Below, piece after piece: positions 28,241-39,700 of a DNA stretch of 64,000 nucleotides. Under the pieces are notes generated by a model, which had not been told where the DNA came from, ran no database searches, and saw nothing but the letters and a program-made list of their open reading frames with translations. This stretch comes from a virus (taxonomy: Duplodnaviria > Caudoviricetes), in IMG/VR virus record IMGVR_UViG_3300037863_000105, positions 950-64,949 of that record. One strand, given 5' to 3'. Position 1 is the first letter of the stretch. The number at the start of each line of letters is the position of its first letter. The translations under genes were made by a program, and so were the position numbers.

Positions 28241-31200
28241 TTAGGTTAAGAGCCTTAATAGCTTCGACATTTGTGAGGATATCTCTGCTTGGCTGTAATA
28301 ATCAGAGCCAGACATAAATCCCTTCAACTCTTTAGTTGCAATATCGGCATCTTCTGCGCCAATTTTGTCTTCAACCTTTAAAATCATGTCTTTCATAAGG
28401 TTTTTTAATGCAGGTGGTACATCAGAAAAACGAATTTTCTCGGCGTCTTTTCCGAAAGCAAACGGCAAGTTAGCAATAACTTTTCCAAGCTCAGCCGAGG
28501 TGGAACGGATGTTTTCTAAAGAGTCAGGGTTTAATGCTTTTGCGTCCAATCGGTCAATAATTGAGATTAAATCGCCTGCTGCATCATCTGCTGCCTTATA
28601 ATTTCCTGCACTGTCTAAGCTCTCGGCTTCTTTAACCTTGTCAACAATGCCTTGTAGACCTGAAGCACCTAGGTTTTGCTTCAGACGAGCTAGTACCTGA
28701 CGAAACTTTCCGCGCTGGTCCCGTGGTTGTGTTTCAGGTGTGTACTTAACACGGGAATCATCTTTTTTTAGGTCTTCCTGGGCTTTCTGCTTTACTGACT
28801 TTAATTCCTCTGGGGTCAAGTCTTTAACGATGTCATCTACGGCTGCAGCGATTAAAACATCTTCTTTAAAAAGTGCTTCTAAATTTGCAGATTTTGATGT
28901 AAATTCAATCCTCTCACGAAGGTCCTGAGTCATGTCATCAATTCCAAACTCTGCAGAAGCTACTTTCCATGTTTCTGGAATTAAGTCACGACGGTCTAAA
29001 GAACGAGCCTGCTTCATAATGTGCTTGCGAACAGCAGCTTTATGTCCTGGCTTTGCACGACCATATGCTTGAATTGCATTCTTAAGGTCAGAATCATTTC
29101 GGATTGGGTATGAGCCATCCTTCAATGCTTTTCCTTCTTCAATTAGTCTTAAACGTACACGGCGTGGTACTACTGCTAATTCGGCAGCTGTATCATCAAG
29201 CATTTGACGCATGTAATATGCGTCTTCATCTTTAATCTTCTCAACTTTGATAGAAAGCTCAGCCTGACGCTTTTTTAGAACCTCTGTATTAAATACAGCA
29301 ACTCGAGAACGAGCCTCTTCTGCTGCAGCAAATAGAGGAGCCTTTTGAATCATCTCAAGATTATTAATTTTTGCATTAAGTTCTGCAAGCGGGTCATGCT
29401 TTAGTTGTGCAAGTGTTGAAGCACCTGCAGCAACAAGAGCCATTATCTGACCTGATGCAACACGAGCACGAGCAATTGGAAAACCTGGAACGTTTACCTG
29501 ACATACTGCAACAAGTTCAAGTGCGCCCTTAATTGGACGCCAGTCGCCTGATGGAGCAGATGCACGGGCTGCACGAATTGCTTCTGGTGTTGTTCCTGGA
29601 CGAAGAGAGCCAGATACCCAAATGCCATAAGCATCTTCACCTGCGTGAACATCTGCAAAAGCTGATGCTGTGTCATCGTAATGACGAACTGCTTGCTCAG
29701 CGGATGCTTCAAGACCAGCGTGTCCGCCAGCCAAAGTTAGTTGACCAACTGGTACATCTTTGCCTGCATCTGTACGGACTACACCAGTGTGGAAATATGC
29801 ATATTTGCTACGAGAGCGAGGAGGGCGAGTCCCAAAAGCCATACCAATGTGGTCAACATGCCAAGCAGCAATATGTCCAAACACTCGGCCATCGTCTCCA
29901 ATTGTAAGAGGAGTTGCCTTGGCTAGCTTAGGGTTGTCAAACCATTCAATAGGGGGATTTGCTGGAATAGCACCAGCTACCATGCCACAAGCGACAATTG
30001 CGGAAGCATCTAGAGGATTTACTCCATCTACATATACACCGTCTGGAACTATCACATTTTCCTCCTGGGTCTCAGCGCTCTCTTCAATAATCTGAATAAA
30101 GCACTCTTGGAACGCTGGCTTAGGGACGATAGTTACCGCCATAACTCGAGCATTCTTGATACTAATTCTACCTGACTCTATTTTCCTTGTATCGTCAGAA
30201 CCATCGCCAGTTGTCTCTTTTGGCTCTTCTTCATCGGCCTCAAACTGGTCCATATCAGCAGAGACACCACGGATAAATCCGTTACGTACTAGACGCTCTA
30301 CTTCTTGTCCATATTCGCCTTTATCAAAGACTCCGTAAGCATTTCCAATCCCAGCTTCGATGCGTTCCATACTAGTGATTTGACCAACAACAACAGAGCC
30401 ATCATGGCCAGCACCAGTTTTAATTTGCCATAGGAGTGGAAGAGGCAGGTCTCGCATGGAGATAGCACCAGCCTCAAAAATACGACCATCGCCAGTTTCT
30501 ACGCCCTCAGGGATAACAAGAGGAATGATGAACTTAGCTCCATATTCAGAAGCAACTACACCATCACGCCCAACCATTCGTGAACGAGCTGACTCTGCGC
30601 GGGCATGAAGGGTAAATTCTCCAATAATTTGTTGCTCTGACTTTAAAGTCTCGACTGAGCCTGAAGCTACTAGAGATTTTTTCTTTCTTCCTAAATTCTT
30701 TTTATCTCCAGGCCAGATGCCAGTCATTTCCTTATGACGAAGGGCGCAGTAACCCTTTGCGCGAGGTCCCATGTACTTGGCAAGGTACTTATGGCAACGA
30801 GTCCAGTCTCCTGGAGAGTTCCAACGAATCTTTAGTCCGCCTTTACCAACAGTCCAATATTGACGTAGTTTTTCGGCATTGCCACGATTACGGTCAGCAC
30901 CGCCAGCAGCTTGAATTGATGCAATAAGTGCATTATTCGATAGTGCTGCAGCAGCAGGGATTCTTACAGAGGCTGTAACGGTTCCACTATCTACCTGCTT
31001 TAGAACCTCAGAGAGGTCAGAGTTGCTTAGAACAACAACAGGTGGAGGTGTAGGACTATTTAAGTCCGACATGATTCTATCGTTGCGTTCCCACTTATTA
31101 TCTTTGCGGATAAAAGTTACAGGGGTACTATTTTTAGTACTTGCTGGAACAAGTGATACTAGTTCCATCACTGCTGATGGGTCATCATTTGTGACAATAG

Positions 31201-33109
31201 CCATGTAGATAGGAGGAATGTCAGAAGTTTCTGGTGTAATAGCAATCTCTTCACCTGCTGCAGTTAATGCAGAGAAATTCTTCTCATCAAATAGTTTTTT
31301 ATATGCTGGAGAGTCTTTTTTGACATCCTTAGCGGACTTCTTTTTATCGTATCCTGGTGTCTCGCGATACCAGCCACCAACATTTTGATACTCAGGAGAG
31401 TTTTTAGAGTTTCCGTAAGTTTTATCTAACCAATCACGAAGATTTGGATTGTTGTACATATTTGCAGCAATTGCTGGGTTCCACACAGGTTTCATATTCC
31501 CAATAGGGTCGAAGGCTCCCTTGTAATACTCACCCCATGCAGTCTCTAGTGGTGGAGCTGTTTCAGGTACAAAAGGTGGGGCTGGAGTTGCTACATACTC
31601 TGGAGCAAGTCTTTGTTCACTAACAAAAGCGCTCCAGTCATTAATAAGAGTATTTACAGCAGGTGCAGTAAGGGGTGGAAGACGTCCTGGAAGTTTTGCA
31701 AGTGGCTCGTCAATAGGTGTACGAGGCTCTCCTAAAATCCCAGAGAAATCTAAATTATTTTGTGGGAAGTTAGCACTTGATACTGGCTCAAATGTACTAA
31801 TTTCCTGAGTAAGATTTCCAGGAACATCAACAGTAGTGCCACTATCCATTTGAACAGTGACATTGCCAGTAGTTGGGTTCTGCGCAGTAATAACTCCCTG
31901 CTTAGCAGCATCTCCACCAATAACAACACGAGAACCATTGACAGCAAAGCGTCCTAGTTTGTCACGAACTTGCTGAGATGCATTTGCTGCACGCTCGTCT
32001 CCTGTATATACACCTGGAGTTGTATCTCCTGAGACCGTACTTGGAAGAGTTACCGACTCAGAGCCAGAAGCTGCTGGTTCTGCAAACTCTGTAGCAGAAG
32101 CCATAAGACCATCTTCATCCCAAGTGTCTTCTTCTACAACACTATCATCACTAAGTTGGTCTAAAAACTTAAAATCAAGTTCTGAAACAGCTTTTTCAAA
32201 CATTTCAGTTTCATCAAAATTCATTTCATGCAAGAAGATATTCTGCATAGGATTATTGTCAAGCATCGCTGCAATAGAAACAGCTGAATCTCTATCCACA
32301 GGGACATGAATCTTATTTACTTTGTCATAGACATCGTCCATTGACTTATCGTATGTACCAAAATCGTGTTCTACGTTCCCAAGGTCTTCCCAATTACCGT
32401 CGTCCCAGAAAAGACATGTGCCGTCTTCATCAACTTTATATAGACGGTCTATTCCAGAGCCATCAAGTCGGATACGAATGTAAAAATCTGGTTCATACTC
32501 AACAGGGCTAAAAGCCATGTAACCTGCAGTATGCTCATTTACATTATAAACAGAAGCTGTCATTCCAGCTTTTCTATTCTCGCGCTCTACAATGGCTGAG
32601 GCCCAGCGCTCTGAAGCATCTCCACCCCAAAGTGCCCATGCAATACGTCCGTTGCTTGGATAATTCTCTTGTCCAGGCTTGTAGCCTTTACCTTTTTTGT
32701 CTACCTGGTGACGAGGAAAGTATTTAGCAATATGACGAACCTTGGCAATACCTATCTGCCCACCTTTTGCAAGTGTACGAGCAGTATTTGTGCCAACTGG
32801 GGTTCCGCCACGCTTTTCTTTTTTGCGCCATTCAAGAGCACGCTTTGCCTCAGCAACTACAGAATCTGGAATTGTGTACATGCGGTCGTTTGTACTTAAA
32901 ACTGTAATGTTTAGATTTGTAACTGCGGCAGTGGCTAGTTCATATACATGACTAGCTGGCTCTTCGTCAAGAACGTCCCACTCAGTGGAGGCAAGAAGGG
33001 TTTCTTTGAGCCGAACATCGGTAACGGTATTTGTAGTCTCATCTACTACAACACCTAGTGTGTCAGACGAGAAAAAAACCTCTGAACCAAATCTGCCTAG
33101 ATACTCCAT
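28241..33109 (-). CDS. capsid maturation protease fused to several accessory head domains (1622 aa)
   Basis: PEG.ETGDGR.F...LPLPL...GHDGSVVVG.I...RGVSAD protease core (about 30115-30530); GRIAWALWGGD, WTRC...GYCA.RH, DGSYPI..DL.NAIQAYGR accessory modules. Confidence 0.8.
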   Translation of the reverse strand: MEYLGRFGSEVFFSSDTLGVVVDETTNTVTDVRLKETLLASTEWDVLDEEPASHVYELATAAVTNLNITVLSTNDRMYTIPDSVVAEAKRALEWRKKEKRGGTPVGTNTARTLAKGGQIGIAKVRHIAKYFPRHQVDKKGKGYKPGQENYPSNGRIAWALWGGDASERWASAIVERENRKAGMTASVYNVNEHTAGYMAFSPVEYEPDFYIRIRLDGSGIDRLYKVDEDGTCLFWDDGNWEDLGNVEHDFGTYDKSMDDVYDKVNKIHVPVDRDSAVSIAAMLDNNPMQNIFLHEMNFDETEMFEKAVSELDFKFLDQLSDDSVVEEDTWDEDGLMASATEFAEPAASGSESVTLPSTVSGDTTPGVYTGDERAANASQQVRDKLGRFAVNGSRVVIGGDAAKQGVITAQNPTTGNVTVQMDSGTTVDVPGNLTQEISTFEPVSSANFPQNNLDFSGILGEPRTPIDEPLAKLPGRLPPLTAPAVNTLINDWSAFVSEQRLAPEYVATPAPPFVPETAPPLETAWGEYYKGAFDPIGNMKPVWNPAIAANMYNNPNLRDWLDKTYGNSKNSPEYQNVGGWYRETPGYDKKKSAKDVKKDSPAYKKLFDEKNFSALTAAGEEIAITPETSDIPPIYMAIVTNDDPSAVMELVSLVPASTKNSTPVTFIRKDNKWERNDRIMSDLNSPTPPPVVVLSNSDLSEVLKQVDSGTVTASVRIPAAAALSNNALIASIQAAGGADRNRGNAEKLRQYWTVGKGGLKIRWNSPGDWTRCHKYLAKYMGPRAKGYCALRHKEMTGIWPGDKKNLGRKKKSLVASGSVETLKSEQQIIGEFTLHARAESARSRMVGRDGVVASEYGAKFIIPLVIPEGVETGDGRIFEAGAISMRDLPLPLLWQIKTGAGHDGSVVVGQITSMERIEAGIGNAYGVFDKGEYGQEVERLVRNGFIRGVSADMDQFEADEEEPKETTGDGSDDTRKIESGRISIKNARVMAVTIVPKPAFQECFIQIIEESAETQEENVIVPDGVYVDGVNPLDASAIVACGMVAGAIPANPPIEWFDNPKLAKATPLTIGDDGRVFGHIAAWHVDHIGMAFGTRPPRSRSKYAYFHTGVVRTDAGKDVPVGQLTLAGGHAGLEASAEQAVRHYDDTASAFADVHAGEDAYGIWVSGSLRPGTTPEAIRAARASAPSGDWRPIKGALELVAVCQVNVPGFPIARARVASGQIMALVAAGASTLAQLKHDPLAELNAKINNLEMIQKAPLFAAAEEARSRVAVFNTEVLKKRQAELSIKVEKIKDEDAYYMRQMLDDTAAELAVVPRRVRLRLIEEGKALKDGSYPIRNDSDLKNAIQAYGRAKPGHKAAVRKHIMKQARSLDRRDLIPETWKVASAEFGIDDMTQDLRERIEFTSKSANLEALFKEDVLIAAAVDDIVKDLTPEELKSVKQKAQEDLKKDDSRVKYTPETQPRDQRGKFRQVLARLKQNLGASGLQGIVDKVKEAESLDSAGNYKAADDAAGDLISIIDRLDAKALNPDSLENIRSTSAELGKVIANLPFAFGKDAEKIRFSDVPPALKNLMKDMILKVEDKIGAEDADIATKELKGFMSGSDYYSQAEISSQMSKLLRLLT

Positions 33110-33111
33110 TA

Positions 33112-33375
33112 CTAGCTCATTTCCGTCTTGTACTCCTGGACAGCGGACTCATTAAGAGTTTTTCCGCTGGCTTGGGCTTCATCGAATACTTCAATAAAGG
33201 ATAGCTCTATTGTAACAATCGTCAAACCATCCCATTCTAGAATTTGCTCCTCAGTTGGGTCAGTCCATTCGCCTTTCTCGCGAAGTTGGTCGCCGTCTTC
33301 TTCAGTGTTGTGAAAGAGAGCAACTATCTCTCCTTCGTCAGTAATAAGGACGTATACCTCTTCTGTCTCATTCAT
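33112..33375 (-). CDS. small acidic protein (candidate immunity/partner of the giant protein)
   Basis: 87 aa, very acidic, coupled by a 1-bp overlap. Confidence 0.6.
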   Translation of the reverse strand: MNETEEVYVLITDEGEIVALFHNTEEDGDQLREKGEWTDPTEEQILEWDGLTIVTIELSFIEVFDEAQASGKTLNESAVQEYKTEMS

Positions 33376-33731
33376 TACTGATTCCCCTTTAAGTATGTGT
33401 ACTTTTTTCCAAGAGCATTTGCATACTCCTGCTCATCCTCGAGTAAGTACTCTATGTTTTCCGAATCCGCGCCTACTACAGGGTGCAACTCCATGCCAAA
33501 CCCTGCGTTGTATGTTGCAAGAAGTGCCCAACCGTCTGGCTCTGTAGGCATGTTTTCTTCGCTTGTATTAGAGACCAGGTCTTTAATACGGTCCTCGTTA
33601 AAAATGCTATTGTTTTCCATATCATTTTCTGGAATCACGTATCGAACTTCGTTATTACCTGCAACAACAGAAAAAACGTAGTTATCGTCTGCCTTTTCTC
33701 CGTTATACATTCTGTACAGTTTTGCTGTCAT
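33375..33731 (-). CDS. small acidic protein (candidate immunity to the kinase domain)
   Basis: ATG 33731 overlaps the stop of the giant gene (TAATG); 118 aa. Confidence 0.6.
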   Translation of the reverse strand: MTAKLYRMYNGEKADDNYVFSVVAGNNEVRYVIPENDMENNSIFNEDRIKDLVSNTSEENMPTEPDGWALLATYNAGFGMELHPVVGADSENIEYLLEDEQEYANALGKKYTYLKGNQ

Positions 33732-36700
33732 TATCTCCCTGCCCATCTCTTCCATCGGCTAGCTTCGATACCACGAAGTGCCTCAAGTCGGTCAATTACC
33801 TTCTTAAGCATATCTGGTCTAAGCTCTCCACCGTTAACTCGCTCTAAGTACTGGATAGCCTGCTGGATTGACATATCTGCTAGCTCCTTATAAGCGTCCC
33901 CGCCCATCTTTTTGGCTAGGTTTCTGTTTATGTCTCCAAGATGTCGACCATTATCTTCAAGGATAAAGTTAGGTGCGCTAACTAGCCCGCCAGTTGCTCC
34001 TCCGTTAAGAACAGCAGCAAAGCCATGGTCAATTGGTAGTAGGTAGACATCTTCATGTCCGTTGCCTTGTACCCCAACCTTATCTGCTTCAGCTGCAAGA
34101 AAGTTACCATAGTGACGGTCGGTATTGTTGATAACTGCATCCAATAAAGCTGTTGCAACTAGGTCAACCATGTTGGCTCGGTCTTCAGGATTTTTTATGC
34201 GATTTCTAACATCTCCATAATCTTTAGGTTTAGCATCAAGTCTAACTGCATCTCCAGCCATTGTCTGAATTAGATAGCTTGAATTGTTAGGGAAAAGTTC
34301 GGTCATAACTCGACCACCAATTCCAAAAGCCTGAGCAATTCGAGCTGCTTCGTACTCAGCGCGAGCTTCTCTTTCAGAGCGTTCTTTCTTTACAATAAAC
34401 TGTTGACCAGTTTCAATATCAGTGAAGATAAATGTAAAGGCTGCATTAATACCGCCGCCCAATAACTTACCCTTAAAGCCAGTTCCTTGACCATTAAGGT
34501 TAATTTCAACGTCACCGTTGGTATTGCGAGCTGCTTCCATAATCTCTTTAGGGTCAAAATCAAGAAGGCGCAAGCCAGCTGGACCAACGTTGTCCCGTTG
34601 TGGCTGGTAGATGTCACGTTCGTTGTGCAGAGCCACTGCAAGAGCAACCAATTCCTTCGTTTGCTCTAGAGTACGTTGCTCTTTAGATTTCAACTTTTGA
34701 GCAATCTTTTGGCCAAGTGCTTGACGAGCACGCATGTCCAGAGAGGCTAAAGGATTCTCGTCGCCGTTAAAGAATACTTTTAGTTCTTCTTTAAATGGTG
34801 AAAGGAAGGCTTCGTTTACATAAAGGTCTTCATTTTCAAACTCTGCTTGTAGTTCAGGAGATGCCTTGAATGGATTCTCTTTTGCTGCAACACGCTGCTC
34901 AGCTAGTTTGATAGGGTCAACCTCTTCGAGGTTCACACCAGCAAACGGCTGTAGAGGACGGTCAATAAGACGCTGAGCAATAAACCCTTGCATGTCTTGA
35001 AGCTGGAGTGCAAACTCGCGATACTTCTCATCATTTGCATTTTTTAGGTTGTCAATTGCGCTAGTAAGCTCACTCTGTGTCACCTTAAGAGGGTCAACAG
35101 TCGAGTCCAACTCATCGCGGTAATTTCGAAGAGCACGAAGAGCACGAATTGGTCGCGCATCGGCTTCTTCATCTTCATCCTTTGGAAGGCGGTCAATGAT
35201 TTCACCAACAAAGTTCATGAAGTCTTGCTTAGACTCACGATTCTCTTCTGGAGCAATATTTTCAGGCAGCTCAACGTTACGTCGAGCAAGGAACTTCTCT
35301 CGAGCCTGACCCTTGAGTAGGTTCTTTTTCTCAACAAGCTGATTTAGGGCTCTTTCGGCAAATTCTGCAACTTGCTTCTCGTCTTCATCGCCATTTGCAT
35401 TTATCTTGTCAATAATCTTGCGAAGAGGCGTGTCATCAAATGCACGGAGACCTGCTTCTTCATCTACATCTGCAATATTTTGAATATTTGCAAGACCCCT
35501 ACGGGCATAGTCGCCAGCACGACGTACCTGAGCGTCCGCATCAACTTCATTTTGTTTTGGAAGCTTATCTGCTAAAGCTTGAAAGATTCCTTCAATTTTT
35601 TCTTTATTAAAGTCAACTGGGTCTCCGATTACAAGATTCTCATCAAATGGTTCGGCTAGACGCTTCTTATATTCTGCAAGACGCTGCTCGCGGAATTGTT
35701 CTTTATTGTCAATAATAAATTGACGCATACCAGCCAGCTCTCCAGCAATCTCATCTTGACGACCGTCTTTTGCACGACGAAGATAATCAATTGCAGCCTG
35801 TAATTGACGGTCCGAAACTTTATCTGGGTCCTCGTTCTCGAGAGCGTTGCGATAGTCACGAAGATTATCTGCAGCACGGTATAAATCATCTTCAGCATCG
35901 CGCTCGGTTTGTGTTGGAAGAAGAGCAATCACTGCATCAACTGCATTTTTAATCTTTTCGCGGTTAACATCTTCTGCATTGGCTGGAAATACGCCCTCTG
36001 CAAGAGGCTGGTTTAGTCGCTCAATATACTTTGCTTGACGAACTGCACGGTCTTCTGCAGCCTGCTTAATAATAATTGCATTAATTTTATTAAGGTTATC
36101 TGCAAGAGCATCCTGAGCTTCTACATCGATACCACCACCACGAAGATATTCAATTGCCTCATTCATGTAGCGTTGATTAATCCTGTCAAAATCTCCAGGA
36201 GCTTTATCAGCAAGTGCTCTCTTGACCTCGTTGAGTTTTGATTTAGCTCTGTCAATATTGCCAGCTATATCTCTATCAATCTCCCCTGGGAATCGATTTA
36301 AGATATCATCAATTGCGGCATTAATTTGCACTGCATCTGGAGCTGTTGGCAATAAATTTTCATCAAAAGGACGCTTAAGGTTCTCAGCGATTCGGTCCTT
36401 ACGTTCTTGGAGAAGTGCATCCCTCTTAGCAATTATATTTTCACGAAGTTTTTCTAGCTCTGGAAGAATCTTCTCTTTTAGTGCAGGGTCAGCAATACGA
36501 TTTGCATAGGCAATAGCGTCACGAAGTTCGTAGGTGTCTAACCTATCAAGAGGTGTGTATGCCATACGCTCGGCTAGTTCATCAATGCGACGACGTGCCC
36601 AACGAGCGTTTTTCTCTCCTCGGGTATTACGGAATTTAGGCATCTGCGCAGCCAAATCGTTAAGCTTCTGCTTAATAGCGTCTGCATCGTTTAAATCAAC

Positions 36701-39700
36701 AAATGCATCGCCACCTGCTGCTGGAGATTCAACAGCAGGAGCTTCTGCTTCAGGGGTTTGTGCAATCGGTGCTTCTGGCACAACTGCTTCATCTAGACGG
36801 TAGATATTGTTAAGAGCAAAGTTTTTATCTATAGGTCTGTATAAGTACCGAACTCCATCTGGGAACTCAACTTCAATACGAACTGCACGGTCTAAATCGT
36901 GAAGTGCTACAACGCGTCCTATGTTTTTATCACCTGTTGTAGGCATGAAGTCTCCAACTCTGACTTCTCTCGCAAGCATTCTCTGGGGCTCAGCGTTTTT
37001 CTTAAACCAGTCAATATCGTTTTGGAATGAAGGCTTGTCAACAGGCTGACCATCTTCTGCAGGCGGTTCAACAAAACCGTCAACAACATTTTTTACATCG
37101 CTAAGAACTTTTTCAACTTCTGCATCAGCAGCATCTACTGCTGCAGTCCCGCCCTTACGAGGCTTCTTACGGCGTTCTGCAAGTGCAATGTCCATTTCAT
37201 CTTGGTTCATCCAGTTGATGCGTGGTTCTGCATCAAAGCGCTGCTTAGCAACATTTGAATCAACGTGACGTTGGAAGCGAGAAGCATATTTACGGATTGT
37301 GCCGTCTGGGTATTGAACGCGGACATAGTCAACGTAGACAACGCCCTTACGTTGTAGACCACCTATGCGACCTTGTACTTTACCTACTACAACACCTTCG
37401 CCGTACTTATCTGCTTTTTCTGGGTTCTCGTGAATAACTTTGTCGCCAATTGCAAGAGGGTTGCCCTTTGAATCAGCGTAAAGACCAGCAAGCATACGTA
37501 AGTAAACTTGACGACGGTACTTTTGTGGAATCTCGGGTAGATTGCCTCTTCCTCGTCCTTCAGACATAAGAAGCATCCCATCACGGCGCTTAGCAATCTC
37601 TTCAGCAATAGCTTCTGCCATAGCGTCAATGTTGTTGCGACCGCCTGCAGATGCTTCTTGTTTGTTAGGGAAGTCTTCTACAACCTGTGCTACTACTTCG
37701 CCATCATCAACTAGTTTTGCATCAGACTTGAATACAACATTGCCTTCTTCAACGCGAGGTGTAATTTCATTTTGACCTTCGCCAACTGGCAGGTTCTCAA
37801 CTACTTCAATAACTGGTAGTTGGTCAACATCTGCTGGCTCGTTACCGATAGCAACAGACTTTTCTTTGGAAACAGGCTGACCAGCATCACTACGCTGCTT
37901 TTGTGCATATTCTAAACCAGCTCGACGTAGAAGTGCCTTACCTTCTGCTTCAGCACCTTCAGGAGTGATATAGCGTCCACCTACTGTGTAAATCTCATTT
38001 CCTGCATCATCTAGAAGACGAGCCTTCATGACAAAATCATTGCCATCAGGTTTAATCTCAAGTATTGCATTTCCTCGAGCAACTGTAACTGCCTGCATGT
38101 TTACATCTTCAGGAGTTCTAGGTGCTTCTGGAAGTGGCTCTCCTGCAAGTGCAGCTCGGTCTTTAGGACGACGAACCTCATCTAGAAAAGCGTTTTGGTT
38201 CCAAATAACAACTTTCTTTTGACCTTCAGCGTTTTGCATGACAACACGACGCTTGAACTCTGGCTCACCAAACTCTTCTCCACCACGAATAGAGACAACC
38301 TGCATAAACTCAGGGTCATCCTTCTTAGGGTGGACAAAGTCTCCTGGGCGCAGGCTATTAGCGTGAATCTCTCCACGATTGAGAACATCAACATTGTCAA
38401 AGTTATCTGCCCAGCCAGCTTCAGCAATACGCATCTTGCCATCAGGGAATGCTGACATCTGTTGAACATCAACTAGGTCAGGTTGAACTTCAGGAACCTG
38501 TTCTGGGTTGCCCATAGCACCAATATTTTCGATTGGTCCTTCTGGTAGCACACCAGGAGCTTGGTTCTGTATATCTTCAAGCTTGACATCATTGCCAGCA
38601 AAGATATCTTTGACAGTTTTATTAGCCAAGTAGTCAGCAACAGCTTGATTATATTCATCAATACGAGGCTGTAACTTAGCCATTTTGTCATCGTAGGCAG
38701 CTTTCTGTGCATCTGCATCTAGTGCAGCAACACCGAAGTCTCCTTCAATACCCTTTTCAATCAAAGCATTAAACATCTGAGCAGTTACTTCTGCATCATT
38801 AGCACCATCGTGCCAGTTTTCATTTTTAATTCCGAAGTACTCAGCAATAACAGCCAAGCTCTTACGTGCAGGGGCATCTGGTGCATCTTTAAAGATTGCA
38901 TCTGCCATACCCATAGTGTCAGCAACTCCAGCAGGAGTCCAATTAAGACCAAGCTGCTCAGCCTTACGCTTCATAACCTCATCATCAAACTTAGCATTCT
39001 GAGCGATTGCTAGAGGATTCTCTCCAGCCCAATCAAGGAACTGTTGTAGTCCTTCTGCTTGATTTGGCTTATCTGCAAAGAACTCATCAGTTAGCAGATT
39101 GCCGTCTGGGTCTTTTGCATTTGCTCCAGCATAGGTATCTTTAATGCTTTTTCCTGGATTCATAAAGATATTTATACGGTCGACAATTTTGCCATCACGC
39201 ATTTTTACAGCAGCAATTTGCCATGGCTCATTGCCATCTTTAAAATTAACTCCAGTTGTCTCAAAGTCAAAGACAATTAAATCTTGACCAGCAAGCTTCT
39301 TTTTAAACTCTGACCAGCTGCCACCAGATTCTTTAGCCCACTCAGCGAACTTACCCATAAATGCTGGGTATGCAGGTTCACGGGGTTGCGGTGGAAGCTT
39401 GACATTATCTTCTAGCTTGTCTTCACCCTTTGCTTGAGCAGCAGAAACAATAGGCAAGTCAGCAGGTGGATTCCATCGACCCTTAGCTTCTGCAAGTTTT
39501 GCTTCATGCTCAGCGTTGAGCGCTGTGTCATCGACAGGGAACCAACCACCCTTAGGTCCTCTGCCAGCAGGACGATGCAATGAGCCTTCTCCAAGTTGTG
39601 GAGCGTTAGCTTCATCAATTCCACGAATAACCTCTACACCAGTGTTAGGCCACCACTGCTTCTCTTGCAGTCCTTGTCCTGGGTAGTGTCCTTCAACAAT

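Noticed and set aside
38750-39290. Giant protein as PolC/DNA polymerase III alpha
   Set aside because: Only the epsilon-like exonuclease is present; no PHP or polymerase core motifs.
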